Shown in pieces: positions 1-9,447 of a stretch of 64,000 nt of DNA. The notes below the pieces were generated by a model. That model saw nothing but the letters and a program-made list of their open reading frames with translations, searched no databases and was not told where the DNA came from. The number at the start of each line of letters is the position of its first letter. The first letter of the stretch is position 1. This DNA is from an uncultured Eubacteriales bacterium (lineage in GTDB: Bacteria > Bacillota > Clostridia > Christensenellales > CAG-314): NCBI GenBank assembly GCA_949289125.1, contig CASEME010000018.1, positions 134,359 to 198,358 of the forward strand, given 5' to 3'. Both the position numbers and the translations under genes were made by a program.

Positions 1-958
1 GATAAACATATAGTGTTTGATTCGACAATGAGCGTCGCACTATTTCTCTTATATGCTCATCAGCAAAGGAAAAACCAAAAACAATTAAAATAGTATTTTC
101 TTTTTCCAAATCATAACTAAGGTTTCTCAATTGTTGATAATAGTGCTGTTCAAATACTGTTTCATGAAATTTCCATTTATTAGGATTAATTATTGCAAGT
201 TTTTTGTAAGATTTATAAAATTTGTCGAATTCACTTTGTTTATCATTATACTTATTCAATTCATTGATTAATTGGTTAATATAATCTTCTTTAACATCTG
301 TTTTTATGTTTAGAATATTATTTTCGAACTCTTTGATTTCATCTTCTTTGAATACTTCGTATATGTTATGTTGAGAGGAAGAATTTACTATAACTTCATC
401 CTTATTGTTCTTTTCCCAATTTACTGATCCATGAACTTTTATAAAATTTATTGTTGGTATTTCTGTTTTATATCTATCAAAATATCCAACTCTTCTTATA
501 TTTAAATTATAATTTTCGGGTTTAATGACCCTTGTGTTAAATCCAACAGCACCATCATTAAAATAACAATCTGCACCTTCAGCCAATATATTGTCAAATG
601 TATGCTCAAAAAATAAATCGTAGTTTGAAGTATAAATATTTATCCTTTTAGGGCGTTCATTACTCTCATTTTTAAGAAAAGAAATAAGTAATTCTATAAA
701 TTTATGATATTTATCAAGAACGCCTTGAGCGGTTTCATTTTTATAAGATTCTTTATCTGACATTTTCTTTATCCAGTGAATCCAATAAAAATAATACAGC
801 ATATTCTTATGTTTTTCACTAATAGAATTATCTGTTACCAAATCTTCGAATGTAACATTTTTGGATAATTTTAATGTATCAAACATACCTGAGCTTGCAC
901 CTGCCCCAATCAAAAAATTCACATTTTTTCCACTTAGATTTTCCAATAAATTTTTCAT
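1..958 (-). CDS. SIR2-like (SIR2_2, ThsA/DSR-type) domain protein; 3' end of gene runs off the window
   Basis: Absent from ORF track (no stop inside window). Manual minus-strand translation from ATG at 958 (GGAG RBS at 964-967): MKNLLENLSGKNVNFLIGAGASSG...IYTSNYDLFFE...IKVHGSVNW...LIVFGFSFADEHI. This is the GAGxS / NYD / HG / GFSFxD motif series of defence-type SIR2 domains. Frame is open to position 1 (at least 319 aa). Confidence 0.7.
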   Translation of the reverse strand, partial: MKNLLENLSGKNVNFLIGAGASSGMFDTLKLSKNVTFEDLVTDNSISEKHKNMLYYFYWIHWIKKMSDKESYKNETAQGVLDKYHKFIELLISFLKNESNERPKRINIYTSNYDLFFEHTFDNILAEGADCYFNDGAVGFNTRVIKPENYNLNIRRVGYFDRYKTEIPTINFIKVHGSVNWEKNNKDEVIVNSSSQHNIYEVFKEDEIKEFENNILNIKTDVKEDYINQLINELNKYNDKQSEFDKFYKSYKKLAIINPNKWKFHETVFEQHYYQQLRNLSYDLEKENTILIVFGFSFADEHIREIVRRSLSNQTLYVY

Positions 959-976
959 TTGCACTCCTTTATATCT

Positions 977-1531
977 TTATTTAAAGCAATCTTCGCCAAG
1001 TTTGTTTTTTATTCGCATTATAACCTTGCCTAATTCTTCTGCAAAATGCGTATCCATACTAGCAACACACGCTTTTCTAGCATATTGCAATGCTGTTTCA
1101 TAATCGTCTATGTCACAATATGCACTTGTAACAGATGTAAGCAGGGCTGGATTCTCTTTAAGACTAGGGAACTTTGCAGATATGTCATTATAAAATTCGA
1201 TTGCATCTTGTGATTTATTAACTTTTCGCATACAAGAAGTTTTCATTGCCGATAGAGTATGCAAGATTACTACACCGTTGGTTGCCTTTGTATAATTGTC
1301 AATAAGCCAATCTAGTAATTGCAATGCGTGTGAATAGTAGCCAGAATCTTTGAGCTTTTTAGTTTGTTCAAGAACTTCTTCATAGGGTACACTATCCAAA
1401 TTTTTAACCCGCTCATCTATGATTTTTGTCATAACATCACCATTGACAAGTATAAACATTGAATCTACCCAATTCTCCTTATAATACCTATATGTTTCAC
1501 CATCTACTATTACTGTTGGAATATTCTTCAT
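977..1531 (-). CDS. hypothetical protein, C-terminal TPR-like helical repeats; first gene of the SIR2 operon
   Basis: 184-aa ORF ending 18 nt upstream of the SIR2 start, same strand. Repeat-like helices (YYSHALQLLDWLIDNY, SQDAIEFYNDISAKF, DDYETALQYARKA). No catalytic motif recognised. Confidence 0.55.
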   Translation of the reverse strand: MKNIPTVIVDGETYRYYKENWVDSMFILVNGDVMTKIIDERVKNLDSVPYEEVLEQTKKLKDSGYYSHALQLLDWLIDNYTKATNGVVILHTLSAMKTSCMRKVNKSQDAIEFYNDISAKFPSLKENPALLTSVTSAYCDIDDYETALQYARKACVASMDTHFAEELGKVIMRIKNKLGEDCFK

Positions 1532-1665
1532 TAGTATCGCTCCTTATGCTGTTAAAATTATAACATAATAAGGATTTAATTGCAATAATTACAATGAACA
1601 GTAAAAAAGGCGATCACTAGTGAAGTGACCGACTTAATTTATATTAGATATTATTAACTAAACAA

Positions 1666-1938
1666 TTAACTTTCTTCTAGTAAAGACAAGCCTATTCTTA
1701 GTCCCAACTTTACACCATTGACAAAGTGGAAGGCTATTTCCTCACATCTGTTGTTGTCGGAGGTTTCTAAAAATTCATCAAACAGTTTCTTTTGTTCGTC
1801 ATTAAGTTGGTTGCACAGTTTTTGATGAAATTCACACTCTTTATTTATAGACTTTTTATGCTCTGGTGTAAATTACATTCTTTTATATTGTTCATTTACG
1901 TTGCCATAAAATAGATCACATAAAATTTTGTCATTCAT
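1666..1938 (-). pseudogene. small helical protein typical of Firmicute mobile elements, interrupted by an in-frame TAA
   Basis: Manual translation from ATG 1938 (AGGAG RBS): MNDKILCDLFYGNVNEQYKRM*FTPEHKKSINKECEFHQKLCNQLNDEQKKLFDEFLETSDNNRCEEIAFHFVNGVKLGLRIGLSLLEES*. The in-frame stop is at 1873-1875. The ..LFYGN...L..EQK.LF.EF...F..G.KLG.R pattern recalls small ICE/phage proteins. Confidence 0.45.
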
Positions 1939-2334
1939 ATTCTTGCTCCTTATTAGTAGTTATCTCAACATCTAATAAGGCTTTTAACACTTGCTTAAAT
2001 CTGTTGTAAATTGTTCCCCCATTTTATTCCATAAATATATCCCTAACAATACGTTACCCAGATGTATTTACCCAATGCTCATTTACACCATTTGAAATAC
2101 CTAATATCCTGTTTGTTTTAAATGCATCATATAAAACATAAAACAAAATTGTTGCGTAATAATATTATTTCAGACATTTAACACTATTTGCTATATCTAA
2201 AACATTAAATGTAAAGAACTAATATGAATAAGCTTTTTATAGTTGCATTATAAACAAACTCTTTAGAATTAGCATAAATTTGTATTTGACATGTTAACTA
2301 AGTGAACCTTATACAGTTGCAATTTACCACAATT

Positions 2335-3528
2335 TTATTCTATAGCTTCCTGTTCTAGCTTGCAGTTGTTTGTTAACATGTATTCTGTTAACTTTACAAA
2401 TTCTGCATCTTTAATATTTTTCAATCGTTTAATATCATTTGCTGTTAGTTTTTTCCAGCTTTTTCTGTTCTCAATTAAAGTATCTATATCCATTTTATAA
2501 GGTGCAAATGCAATACCAGTCTTACTCCTTAGATGCTTTAAAATATTAATTCCACCGGCATCTATATCTCCAAAATGTGAAAAGAATAGATTTTGATTAC
2601 TATTATAAAGTTTTTTTAAAAGCATTCTTTTTGTTTGATTATGAAATCCGCCTAAATACACTACAATGCAATCTTCTTTATCAAAAGTGTAAAATGTTGT
2701 TAAATTTTCTACAGTAATAACCTTTTTAGAGCCTATACTAATAAACTTCAAATCATTTATCATTTTGTCTGACAAACAAATTTCATATCCTAATTGCATC
2801 AAATTTATAACAACATTGTTAATTTCAAAACACACATTCCCTTTCATAATGGCATATGTAGTATTTTTTACAAGATTTTTTTCGCACAGAATTTCACAAA
2901 CTGTTTCCTCACTAAAATCGTCTATGCCACAAGTATCGTCAAATTCATATAAGATTTTTGCTATTTTTGTCTTTAATTTTTCAAACTTCTTAGAATCGCC
3001 AAATGTTTTTACGGAAAAGTCTCTAAATTTTGTTTCTTTATCCAATTTTTGTATTTCTTTTAGTCCAAGCAATATTTCATTTAGTTGATTACTTGAATCA
3101 AAATATGCTTTAGGCATAGCATATTTTTTCATTATCCATTCATTGCAAAATGACACAAAGTTGCCTATAATTCCATCTTTACTTTCTGCATTTAATATTT
3201 GACAAACTTTATTCAAATCATCAGCAGGATTGGATCGTTTGAGAAATTTATACACTTCATTTACATTTTCCACATTAAGTTCTAATGATTTAAAATAATC
3301 ATATCTATCTTTTTCAATTTTGATAAAGCCCCATTGACTGTATTGCGAGAGAATAGCGTCATTACGATCTCTATAATTATATGAGTCCCTACACACATAT
3401 GTTTCTAACTCTTTATCGTTGAGACCAAGTGAGATCTTTATATTTTTTTGACTACCTTTTTTAGACAGTACACTATTCTCATATTTGTCTAATAATCTAT
3501 TTAAAATATTCTTGCCAAAAGTTGACAT
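2335..3528 (-). CDS. jetD: Wadjet JetD (MksG-like, Toprim/DUF2220-type nuclease subunit)
   Basis: 397 aa, last gene of a four-gene operon. C-terminal Toprim-like block VITVENLTTFYTF...VYLGGFHN...FSHFGDIDAGGINIL. Sits 8 nt after jetC. Confidence 0.85.
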   Translation of the reverse strand: MSTFGKNILNRLLDKYENSVLSKKGSQKNIKISLGLNDKELETYVCRDSYNYRDRNDAILSQYSQWGFIKIEKDRYDYFKSLELNVENVNEVYKFLKRSNPADDLNKVCQILNAESKDGIIGNFVSFCNEWIMKKYAMPKAYFDSSNQLNEILLGLKEIQKLDKETKFRDFSVKTFGDSKKFEKLKTKIAKILYEFDDTCGIDDFSEETVCEILCEKNLVKNTTYAIMKGNVCFEINNVVINLMQLGYEICLSDKMINDLKFISIGSKKVITVENLTTFYTFDKEDCIVVYLGGFHNQTKRMLLKKLYNSNQNLFFSHFGDIDAGGINILKHLRSKTGIAFAPYKMDIDTLIENRKSWKKLTANDIKRLKNIKDAEFVKLTEYMLTNNCKLEQEAIE

Positions 3529-3536
3529 TATTGCTC

Positions 3537-6500
3537 CTAAGAAATATATTGTATGAATATACGGTTATTAATTTTTGTCAAACCTACTACTGTGTCCATA
3601 TATTCAGTTAGCGTAGCCATTCTTATAGAAGGAACTACTATACATAACTGAATATCCAATTTTTTGTAAAATTCCATCAACGCATTTATCCTACTTTCGT
3701 CCATGTTGTTGAAGGCTTCATCATAAATTACAGTACAAGCAGAAGTATTTTTATCGCCTAAAATTAGTTGATCAAAACATGTAGCTATTATTACATAAAA
3801 TGGTGTCTGCGTTTCGCCACCACTTTTTTCTTTATTTGTTTTGGAAAAATATGAAACATTATCATACTTATTTGTAGTTTTTATATCAAATTTCATATAA
3901 TTTCTATAATCAAGATAACGATTTAACATCTTTTCCGATTCACTACCTGACTTTTCTATTATAATTCTATCGAAAAGTCTTTTTAAAATATCTTTATCTC
4001 TTTCGTCAAGAACTTCATCAAAAAATGTATTGGCTTCTAAGAGCTTACCTGAGGTAATAATTCGATAATAATCTTTCATCTCGTCATCGTCAGAAGAAGA
4101 ATATACAAATTGATAAACCTCATCATCAATTCCAAATGGATTGTCTTTTAAATTTTTGTTTATAGACTTTAATGTATCCTTTGCGTCCTCAATTCTCTCC
4201 GAAAGTTTTGATAGAAAATCTGTCTTAAATCCGCTTTGGCATCTTTCAAACGCAACATCAGCTCTGGATTTATAATCCAACAAGCTTCTGTTTTTCAACT
4301 TATTATATTCATTGACAAAATCTATTACATTTTCAATTAGAGTTGACATACTTGGAGAATACTTGCTAACATATTCTCTCATTCCCCTTTCTATTTCACT
4401 CTTCATTGCATTATTAGAATTTTGTATTTTTTGACTATCTTCCCAAACTTGTCGTAAATCATATTTTTCTTCTGTTACATAATTTGAACAAAATTTTTCA
4501 TAATCTATTTTATCCAGTTTTTGACAAACCTTTGAATATTCTTCACTTTGTGTTTGATAGTCGACTGTCAATTTTTTAATTTCTTCACCTATAGCACCTT
4601 GATCTCTAACTTTAATTTCTTTTTGATGTTCTTCTTCATTTATCCTATTATTAATATTAAGAAGTTCATTTTCTACATTTTTTAAAGTTTCGCTTATTGT
4701 AAAAATATTATCGTCTTTTTCTACTTCGTCTATTTCGGCTTGCACAACTTCACGTTCGCTCATACAAACATCTTTGGCTTTCCATAAATCTTCTATGTCA
4801 ACAATCTCTTTAATTTTTGAACTTTCAATTACTCTAATTAGCTCTTTAAGATTAATCGTTTCTTTTTCTGCTAATTCTTTTTGAGCTTTTAGATCTTCTA
4901 TTTTACCAAGTAAAATGTTTTTTCTTTTTATTATAGAGTTACTGCCGACATACGGATACTCATATATTTCAGGTTTAATATTCCTTACTGTCCTATTTTT
5001 ATATACCATGCAGGTATCAGTAATCGCTGTTTGATAATTTTTTAATTCACCTACACTATCAACACAAACAACATTACCTAATAGCATATGAGCCACAAAT
5101 CGAGCATATTGATTTGTTATATTTAATTTGTTAAACAGTGTATTTTCATTTGTATCATATTCCTTTGCTCTATCACAACGCACTATACCAACGCCATAAA
5201 TATTCAAGTCAAATTTGAATTTTTCATATACTTCAAGCGCATAGTCATAATAATTAGGTTCAATGATCAAATCAAATCTTTGTGTGTTCAAATATCCTTC
5301 GATAGCATTAGCCCATCGCATATCATTTATCTCAAGATATTCACAAAGAGGGCGGACTTCGACGTCTTTTTGATAGTTCTTAAATAGTTCTCTCTTTGAT
5401 AAATCAATTAAGGTAGTTGTCCTTTTATCGTATGTATTCTTTCCCTTTTCTATTGCCTCTAATTCGTGTTGCCGTTCGTGCAAATTACTTTCTATGCTAG
5501 ATATATCTGCTTCTAATTGCAAAAGACGTCTATATTTCTCATCTTTTAAACTTTGTAAATCTTCTTTGTAACTTCTTACATGTTCTTTAAAAAGCCCAAA
5601 GTTTTTATTTTTGATATCTTCAAAAAATCTATATCTTAACCCCAAGTCTTTGATAATTATATTTTCACTTGAAATTATTTTTTCGACATTATCAATTTTT
5701 TTAGAAATTTCGTTAAGTTTAAGTTCTACGTTAGACAAACACTTTTTCTTTTCTTCAAGTACTTTGTATAATTCATTATTTACCAAGTTTATTCTCTGCG
5801 AAACATAACTTGACCTTTTGTCATCTAATTGCTTCAGTGTTTCTCTGTGAATATTTATTCCAGTGACTAACTTTTCATAATCTTTTTCTTTACTTTTAAT
5901 CTTTTTTTCTAAATCTTTTAAGTGCAAAAGAACTTTTATTGCTTCATAAAATTTCAGACGCTTTGTATTTTCATAGTATTTTTCTGCTTTATCAACAAAT
6001 GTCTCTAAAGTTTGAACTTTCTGTTCTTCTTTATCCAACTGCATTTTTATTTCTCTATAACTTCTTATTTCTTCCATCAATGCATCTATTTCTATGTTAT
6101 TATCTTTAAGGAGAAAGTTATTGACAAAAGTTGACACTTCGTTAATGGGTTTGAATGCAATAGCTTTTCTCAACAATTCTGCATATCTTTCTGGATTATC
6201 CAATTTTAATATATCACGGGCAATTGTTTTACGGCGATCCCTTTGAGAGCCATTAAGTTTAGTATCGGAAAATGCAACTTGTTTGGATTTCAAAATGTTT
6301 TTTAATTCTGAAAAATTAACTATCTTACCTTCTTGGATATAATCATTGTCACATATATGATAATTCTGTACAATGTAAAACTTTACCTTGGGCTTACCAT
6401 CATCAACGATTTCTATGGTCGCACCCAGCACCATTGGGAATTTGTCATTTTCATCTTCGTACTGCAAAGCAATATGAGATATAACATCAGCTGTATTTCT

Positions 6501-6752
6501 TAAAAATTCTTTGCCATCTCCTTCATTGCCTAACTTTCCCCTTACATAAGATTTGAGCGTTCTTTTACCATCGGCATTAGCTGCATTATTGAAACAATTA
6601 TCGTCGCCACCCGAAAGCACAAAATATATTGCATCTGTAAGCGTTGACTTTCCGCAACCATTTTCGCCCGTCAACAAAAAATTACCTTGAACCTCTACAC
6701 TAGTATTGATAAAAAAATGCCAATTAATTAATTTAATCTTCGTCAACTTCAT
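3537..6752 (-). CDS. jetC: Wadjet JetC (SMC/MukB-like ATPase)
   Basis: ~1070 aa. Walker A GENGCGKSTLTDAIYF, long coiled-coil middle, signature-like SGGETQTPFYV, Walker B VIYDEAFNNMDESR. Preferred start is ATG 6752 (GAGGAAG RBS); the ORF track start is 6776. Confidence 0.9.
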   Translation of the reverse strand: MKLTKIKLINWHFFINTSVEVQGNFLLTGENGCGKSTLTDAIYFVLSGGDDNCFNNAANADGKRTLKSYVRGKLGNEGDGKEFLRNTADVISHIALQYEDENDKFPMVLGATIEIVDDGKPKVKFYIVQNYHICDNDYIQEGKIVNFSELKNILKSKQVAFSDTKLNGSQRDRRKTIARDILKLDNPERYAELLRKAIAFKPINEVSTFVNNFLLKDNNIEIDALMEEIRSYREIKMQLDKEEQKVQTLETFVDKAEKYYENTKRLKFYEAIKVLLHLKDLEKKIKSKEKDYEKLVTGINIHRETLKQLDDKRSSYVSQRINLVNNELYKVLEEKKKCLSNVELKLNEISKKIDNVEKIISSENIIIKDLGLRYRFFEDIKNKNFGLFKEHVRSYKEDLQSLKDEKYRRLLQLEADISSIESNLHERQHELEAIEKGKNTYDKRTTTLIDLSKRELFKNYQKDVEVRPLCEYLEINDMRWANAIEGYLNTQRFDLIIEPNYYDYALEVYEKFKFDLNIYGVGIVRCDRAKEYDTNENTLFNKLNITNQYARFVAHMLLGNVVCVDSVGELKNYQTAITDTCMVYKNRTVRNIKPEIYEYPYVGSNSIIKRKNILLGKIEDLKAQKELAEKETINLKELIRVIESSKIKEIVDIEDLWKAKDVCMSEREVVQAEIDEVEKDDNIFTISETLKNVENELLNINNRINEEEHQKEIKVRDQGAIGEEIKKLTVDYQTQSEEYSKVCQKLDKIDYEKFCSNYVTEEKYDLRQVWEDSQKIQNSNNAMKSEIERGMREYVSKYSPSMSTLIENVIDFVNEYNKLKNRSLLDYKSRADVAFERCQSGFKTDFLSKLSERIEDAKDTLKSINKNLKDNPFGIDDEVYQFVYSSSDDDEMKDYYRIITSGKLLEANTFFDEVLDERDKDILKRLFDRIIIEKSGSESEKMLNRYLDYRNYMKFDIKTTNKYDNVSYFSKTNKEKSGGETQTPFYVIIATCFDQLILGDKNTSACTVIYDEAFNNMDESRINALMEFYKKLDIQLCIVVPSIRMATLTEYMDTVVGLTKINNRIFIQYIS

Positions 6753-7386
6753 TATATTCTTCCTCTTCTTTTGCAATATAAGTTTTGAGTTTATTATTTA
6801 TTAGATCTATATCATTTATTTTTACAACCATAGCTACTGTAGGAAAAATCTCTACAACATTATTCACCTCATAATTGTTTTTATCGAAATTAATCAACTT
6901 ATATTTTTTTAAATTACTAAGTGCATCTATGATCTGAGTTTTAGGAATTTTATCCTTATTCTTATAAATACCCGTATCATCTAATGCGGACAAAAGTTCA
7001 TCTATGGTTATTGATATGTTGGTATTTGCATCAATACTTTCTTTGCTTTTCAAATAATAAAACTTTCTCAGCAACACCAAAATAACTGTTTCCATTTTCT
7101 TTAATTTTACCCTGTTACGATCAGTTGTACTTTCAAGATAAAATATCTTGCGCATATCGTCATGCACAAGTTGAAATTCTATCATAGCAAAGTATGCTTG
7201 AATAATTTCTTTCATTGCCAATATAGAATAATAATCATTTTTATCTTCACTTAACTGCCCATAAACAAAGTTATATCCTATTAATTTATTACAGAGCTTG
7301 GCGAATAAATCTTTTTTCGTATCATTTAATGTATGATAAATTTCATTGAATTTTGTACATATTGTATCTTTAGAATGTGCACTCAT
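6733..7386 (-). CDS. jetB: Wadjet JetB (MukE/MksE-like, DUF4194-type)
   Basis: 217 aa with an acidic C-terminus. ATGA overlap with jetA stop, overlaps jetC start. Size and position fit the jetABCD order. Confidence 0.75.
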   Translation of the reverse strand: MSAHSKDTICTKFNEIYHTLNDTKKDLFAKLCNKLIGYNFVYGQLSEDKNDYYSILAMKEIIQAYFAMIEFQLVHDDMRKIFYLESTTDRNRVKLKKMETVILVLLRKFYYLKSKESIDANTNISITIDELLSALDDTGIYKNKDKIPKTQIIDALSNLKKYKLINFDKNNYEVNNVVEIFPTVAMVVKINDIDLINNKLKTYIAKEEEEYNEVDED

Positions 7387-8777
7387 TTCTTTTTCTCCAC
7401 AATGTAATCTGTTATTAATTTGTCCTTACAATAAAATACTTTTTGATTATATGTAATCGAATACGAAACTATTTTATTTTGACTGTATAATCCTGCTAAA
7501 AATACCTTGATTAAATCTTCGCTATCACAAATATTCATTTGCGATGCCGTCATGCTATTCCTTTCTCCTAATTGTTTACTGATAAATTTGTCAATACTTC
7601 TACAATTAAATTTTGTTTCATTAATAAATTTTTCTCTTGATTTTTTTAATTCAACTTCGGCAACAGGATCAATTACATAATCCAGTTGTGATGTTGCATT
7701 TCTTCTTCTAATTCTTGGCGTATATAAAGAATTTTCATCCAATTTACCAAAATCAAATATAGAAAACAAACCCATATCATCAACATAATCGTCACTTTGA
7801 GCAATATTTTTAAGTAGCTCAATAATCTTACCTTCAATATCAACTTCCTCATTTAACAAGAAAGCAATCTTTGACTTTGCAGTCGTTGCATATTTTGTAT
7901 TTCTTTTGTTGAGATTTTCCAAGTTGTCTTCGATATCATTAAACTGATCTAAAACATATCCCAGAGCCTCACGAAAAAAACTCTCTGCTTCTTTTTGATT
8001 TTCTTCATTAACGATTCCATTTTTTTTCTTATTGATATATTCTCCCACCATATTGGAAAAATTATCTCTTTCAAATAGTGATTTTATCTTATCTATAATT
8101 GAATGTTTATATTTAGCAGGATTATCCTTGATTCTTAAATTATCAAAAGTTTTTAAAATTACCTTATCTTGATATTCCACTAAAAATTGATCCAATATTT
8201 CCCTAGGCGTCAAGCTTTCATTTGCCAGTAGCTTTCGAATATATTTTTTTATACTTACATTTAGTCCCCTTAGCCTATCTATCAATTCTTTCGTATTTTT
8301 ATACATCTGCTCTACGATATCAGTGGAGTGAGCAGTTTGAAAATTTTTAAGGGCAGAGTAAATGCTATAAACATAACCTGTATATTCTACAGGTCTTGTA
8401 TCATTTTTTACAATTTCTTCCATTGCATTGAGAATTATAATAGCATTACTATCCATTTGATATGTTGTTTTTAATAGTTTATTATCATTTTCGTCTACTA
8501 CCCAACCATATTTCAAAAAATATCGCAATTTTTTTGATGCAATTGTTTTAATATCAGCACTTTCTATTTCACCACTTTCATCATCATAAATATTTGATGG
8601 GCAATTTTCAAGATAATCCACTAGCCATGAAAGTACCTCATCACGAGGAAACTGTTTCATTTCATTATTCATTTTAAGATTTATTAGGCATAGCAAATCA
8701 TAATTTAATCTTTTATTGATCCCCGTTAAAGGAAGAAAGAATTTCTCATTCACGAATTCAAAAAAATTTGTTGACAT
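7383..8777 (-). CDS. jetA: Wadjet JetA (MukF/MksF-like kleisin, DUF3375-type)
   Basis: ~464 aa, first gene of the operon, size and position as in jetABCD. ORF track start 8783 is a GTG; ATG at 8777 follows a GAGG. Confidence 0.75.
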   Translation of the reverse strand: MSTNFFEFVNEKFFLPLTGINKRLNYDLLCLINLKMNNEMKQFPRDEVLSWLVDYLENCPSNIYDDESGEIESADIKTIASKKLRYFLKYGWVVDENDNKLLKTTYQMDSNAIIILNAMEEIVKNDTRPVEYTGYVYSIYSALKNFQTAHSTDIVEQMYKNTKELIDRLRGLNVSIKKYIRKLLANESLTPREILDQFLVEYQDKVILKTFDNLRIKDNPAKYKHSIIDKIKSLFERDNFSNMVGEYINKKKNGIVNEENQKEAESFFREALGYVLDQFNDIEDNLENLNKRNTKYATTAKSKIAFLLNEEVDIEGKIIELLKNIAQSDDYVDDMGLFSIFDFGKLDENSLYTPRIRRRNATSQLDYVIDPVAEVELKKSREKFINETKFNCRSIDKFISKQLGERNSMTASQMNICDSEDLIKVFLAGLYSQNKIVSYSITYNQKVFYCKDKLITDYIVEKKK

Positions 8778-8950
8778 ATGCACCTCAAAAAAAATAATAC
8801 AATATTAGCCTTTTAATCTTATTACAAAACAATTTATACTTTATAATCCAATGCATTATAAATAGAACTGACAAATATAGATTTAACTTTTGTTTATATT
8901 CAAACTCTATCCTATCAATTCTCTTGGTGATATAAGTGCTTCTATATGTA

Positions 8951-9157
8951 TCACTCATCACTATTCAATCTCCCTACTGATACTTGAGCACCAAAAACAG
9001 CCAAGGCTTGATTAACTTTGTCAAGACGTAAAGTTTTTTTACCTTGTTCTAATTCTCGAACAAAGCGGAGACCAAGTCCTGCGCGTATAGCAAACTCTAC
9101 TTGGGTTAAACCTAAAGCTTTTCTATTTTGTTTTACAAACTCACTTATGTTTTTCAT
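8951..9157 (-). CDS. XRE-family HTH regulator, HipB / y4mF-like
   Basis: 68 aa. LGLTQVEFAIRAGLGLRFVRELEQGKKTLRLDKVNQALAVFG matches the HTH plus the TLRLDKV tail typical of HipB-type regulators. Same strand as jetA and directly upstream of it. No hipA nearby. Confidence 0.85.
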   Translation of the reverse strand: MKNISEFVKQNRKALGLTQVEFAIRAGLGLRFVRELEQGKKTLRLDKVNQALAVFGAQVSVGRLNSDE

Positions 9158-9184
9158 AGCAAAATTCTATAATCCAACTTAAAA

Positions 9185-9300
9185 TTTATACCAATAATTT
9201 ATACCCTTTCGGTGCTTTTGTCAAGCCTTCTATTAATATTATACCCAAACGGGTTTATTTGTTTTACAAATTTTATATTTAGTACCCTAAAGGGTATAAC
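9185..9300. promoter_or_regulatory. operator-like array: three ACCC-N4-GGGT type palindromes with TTATACC flanks
   Basis: 9203-9214 ACCCTTTCGGTG (imperfect). 9243-9254 ACCCAAACGGGT. 9283-9296 TACCCTAAAGGGTA (perfect 14-nt palindrome). TTATACC recurs at 9186, 9198, 9238 and 9349. The array lies in the divergent intergenic region between the XRE gene and the phosphatase gene. Confidence 0.45.
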
Positions 9301-9447
9301 GTTATATTTTTGATATATCTCAATTCTAAAATTGTTACATCGAAAAAACTTATACCAACCAAAATATATTGTATTTTATACTTCAATGCATTAAAATATA
9401 TATTAAACCAAATAGCAAATTTTACTTAAGAGTATAAGGAGTTTTAC

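Noticed and set aside
861-1103. Plus-strand 80-aa ORF.
   Set aside because: It is antisense to the SIR2 start and the TPR-like gene end, with low-complexity F/L/S-rich composition.
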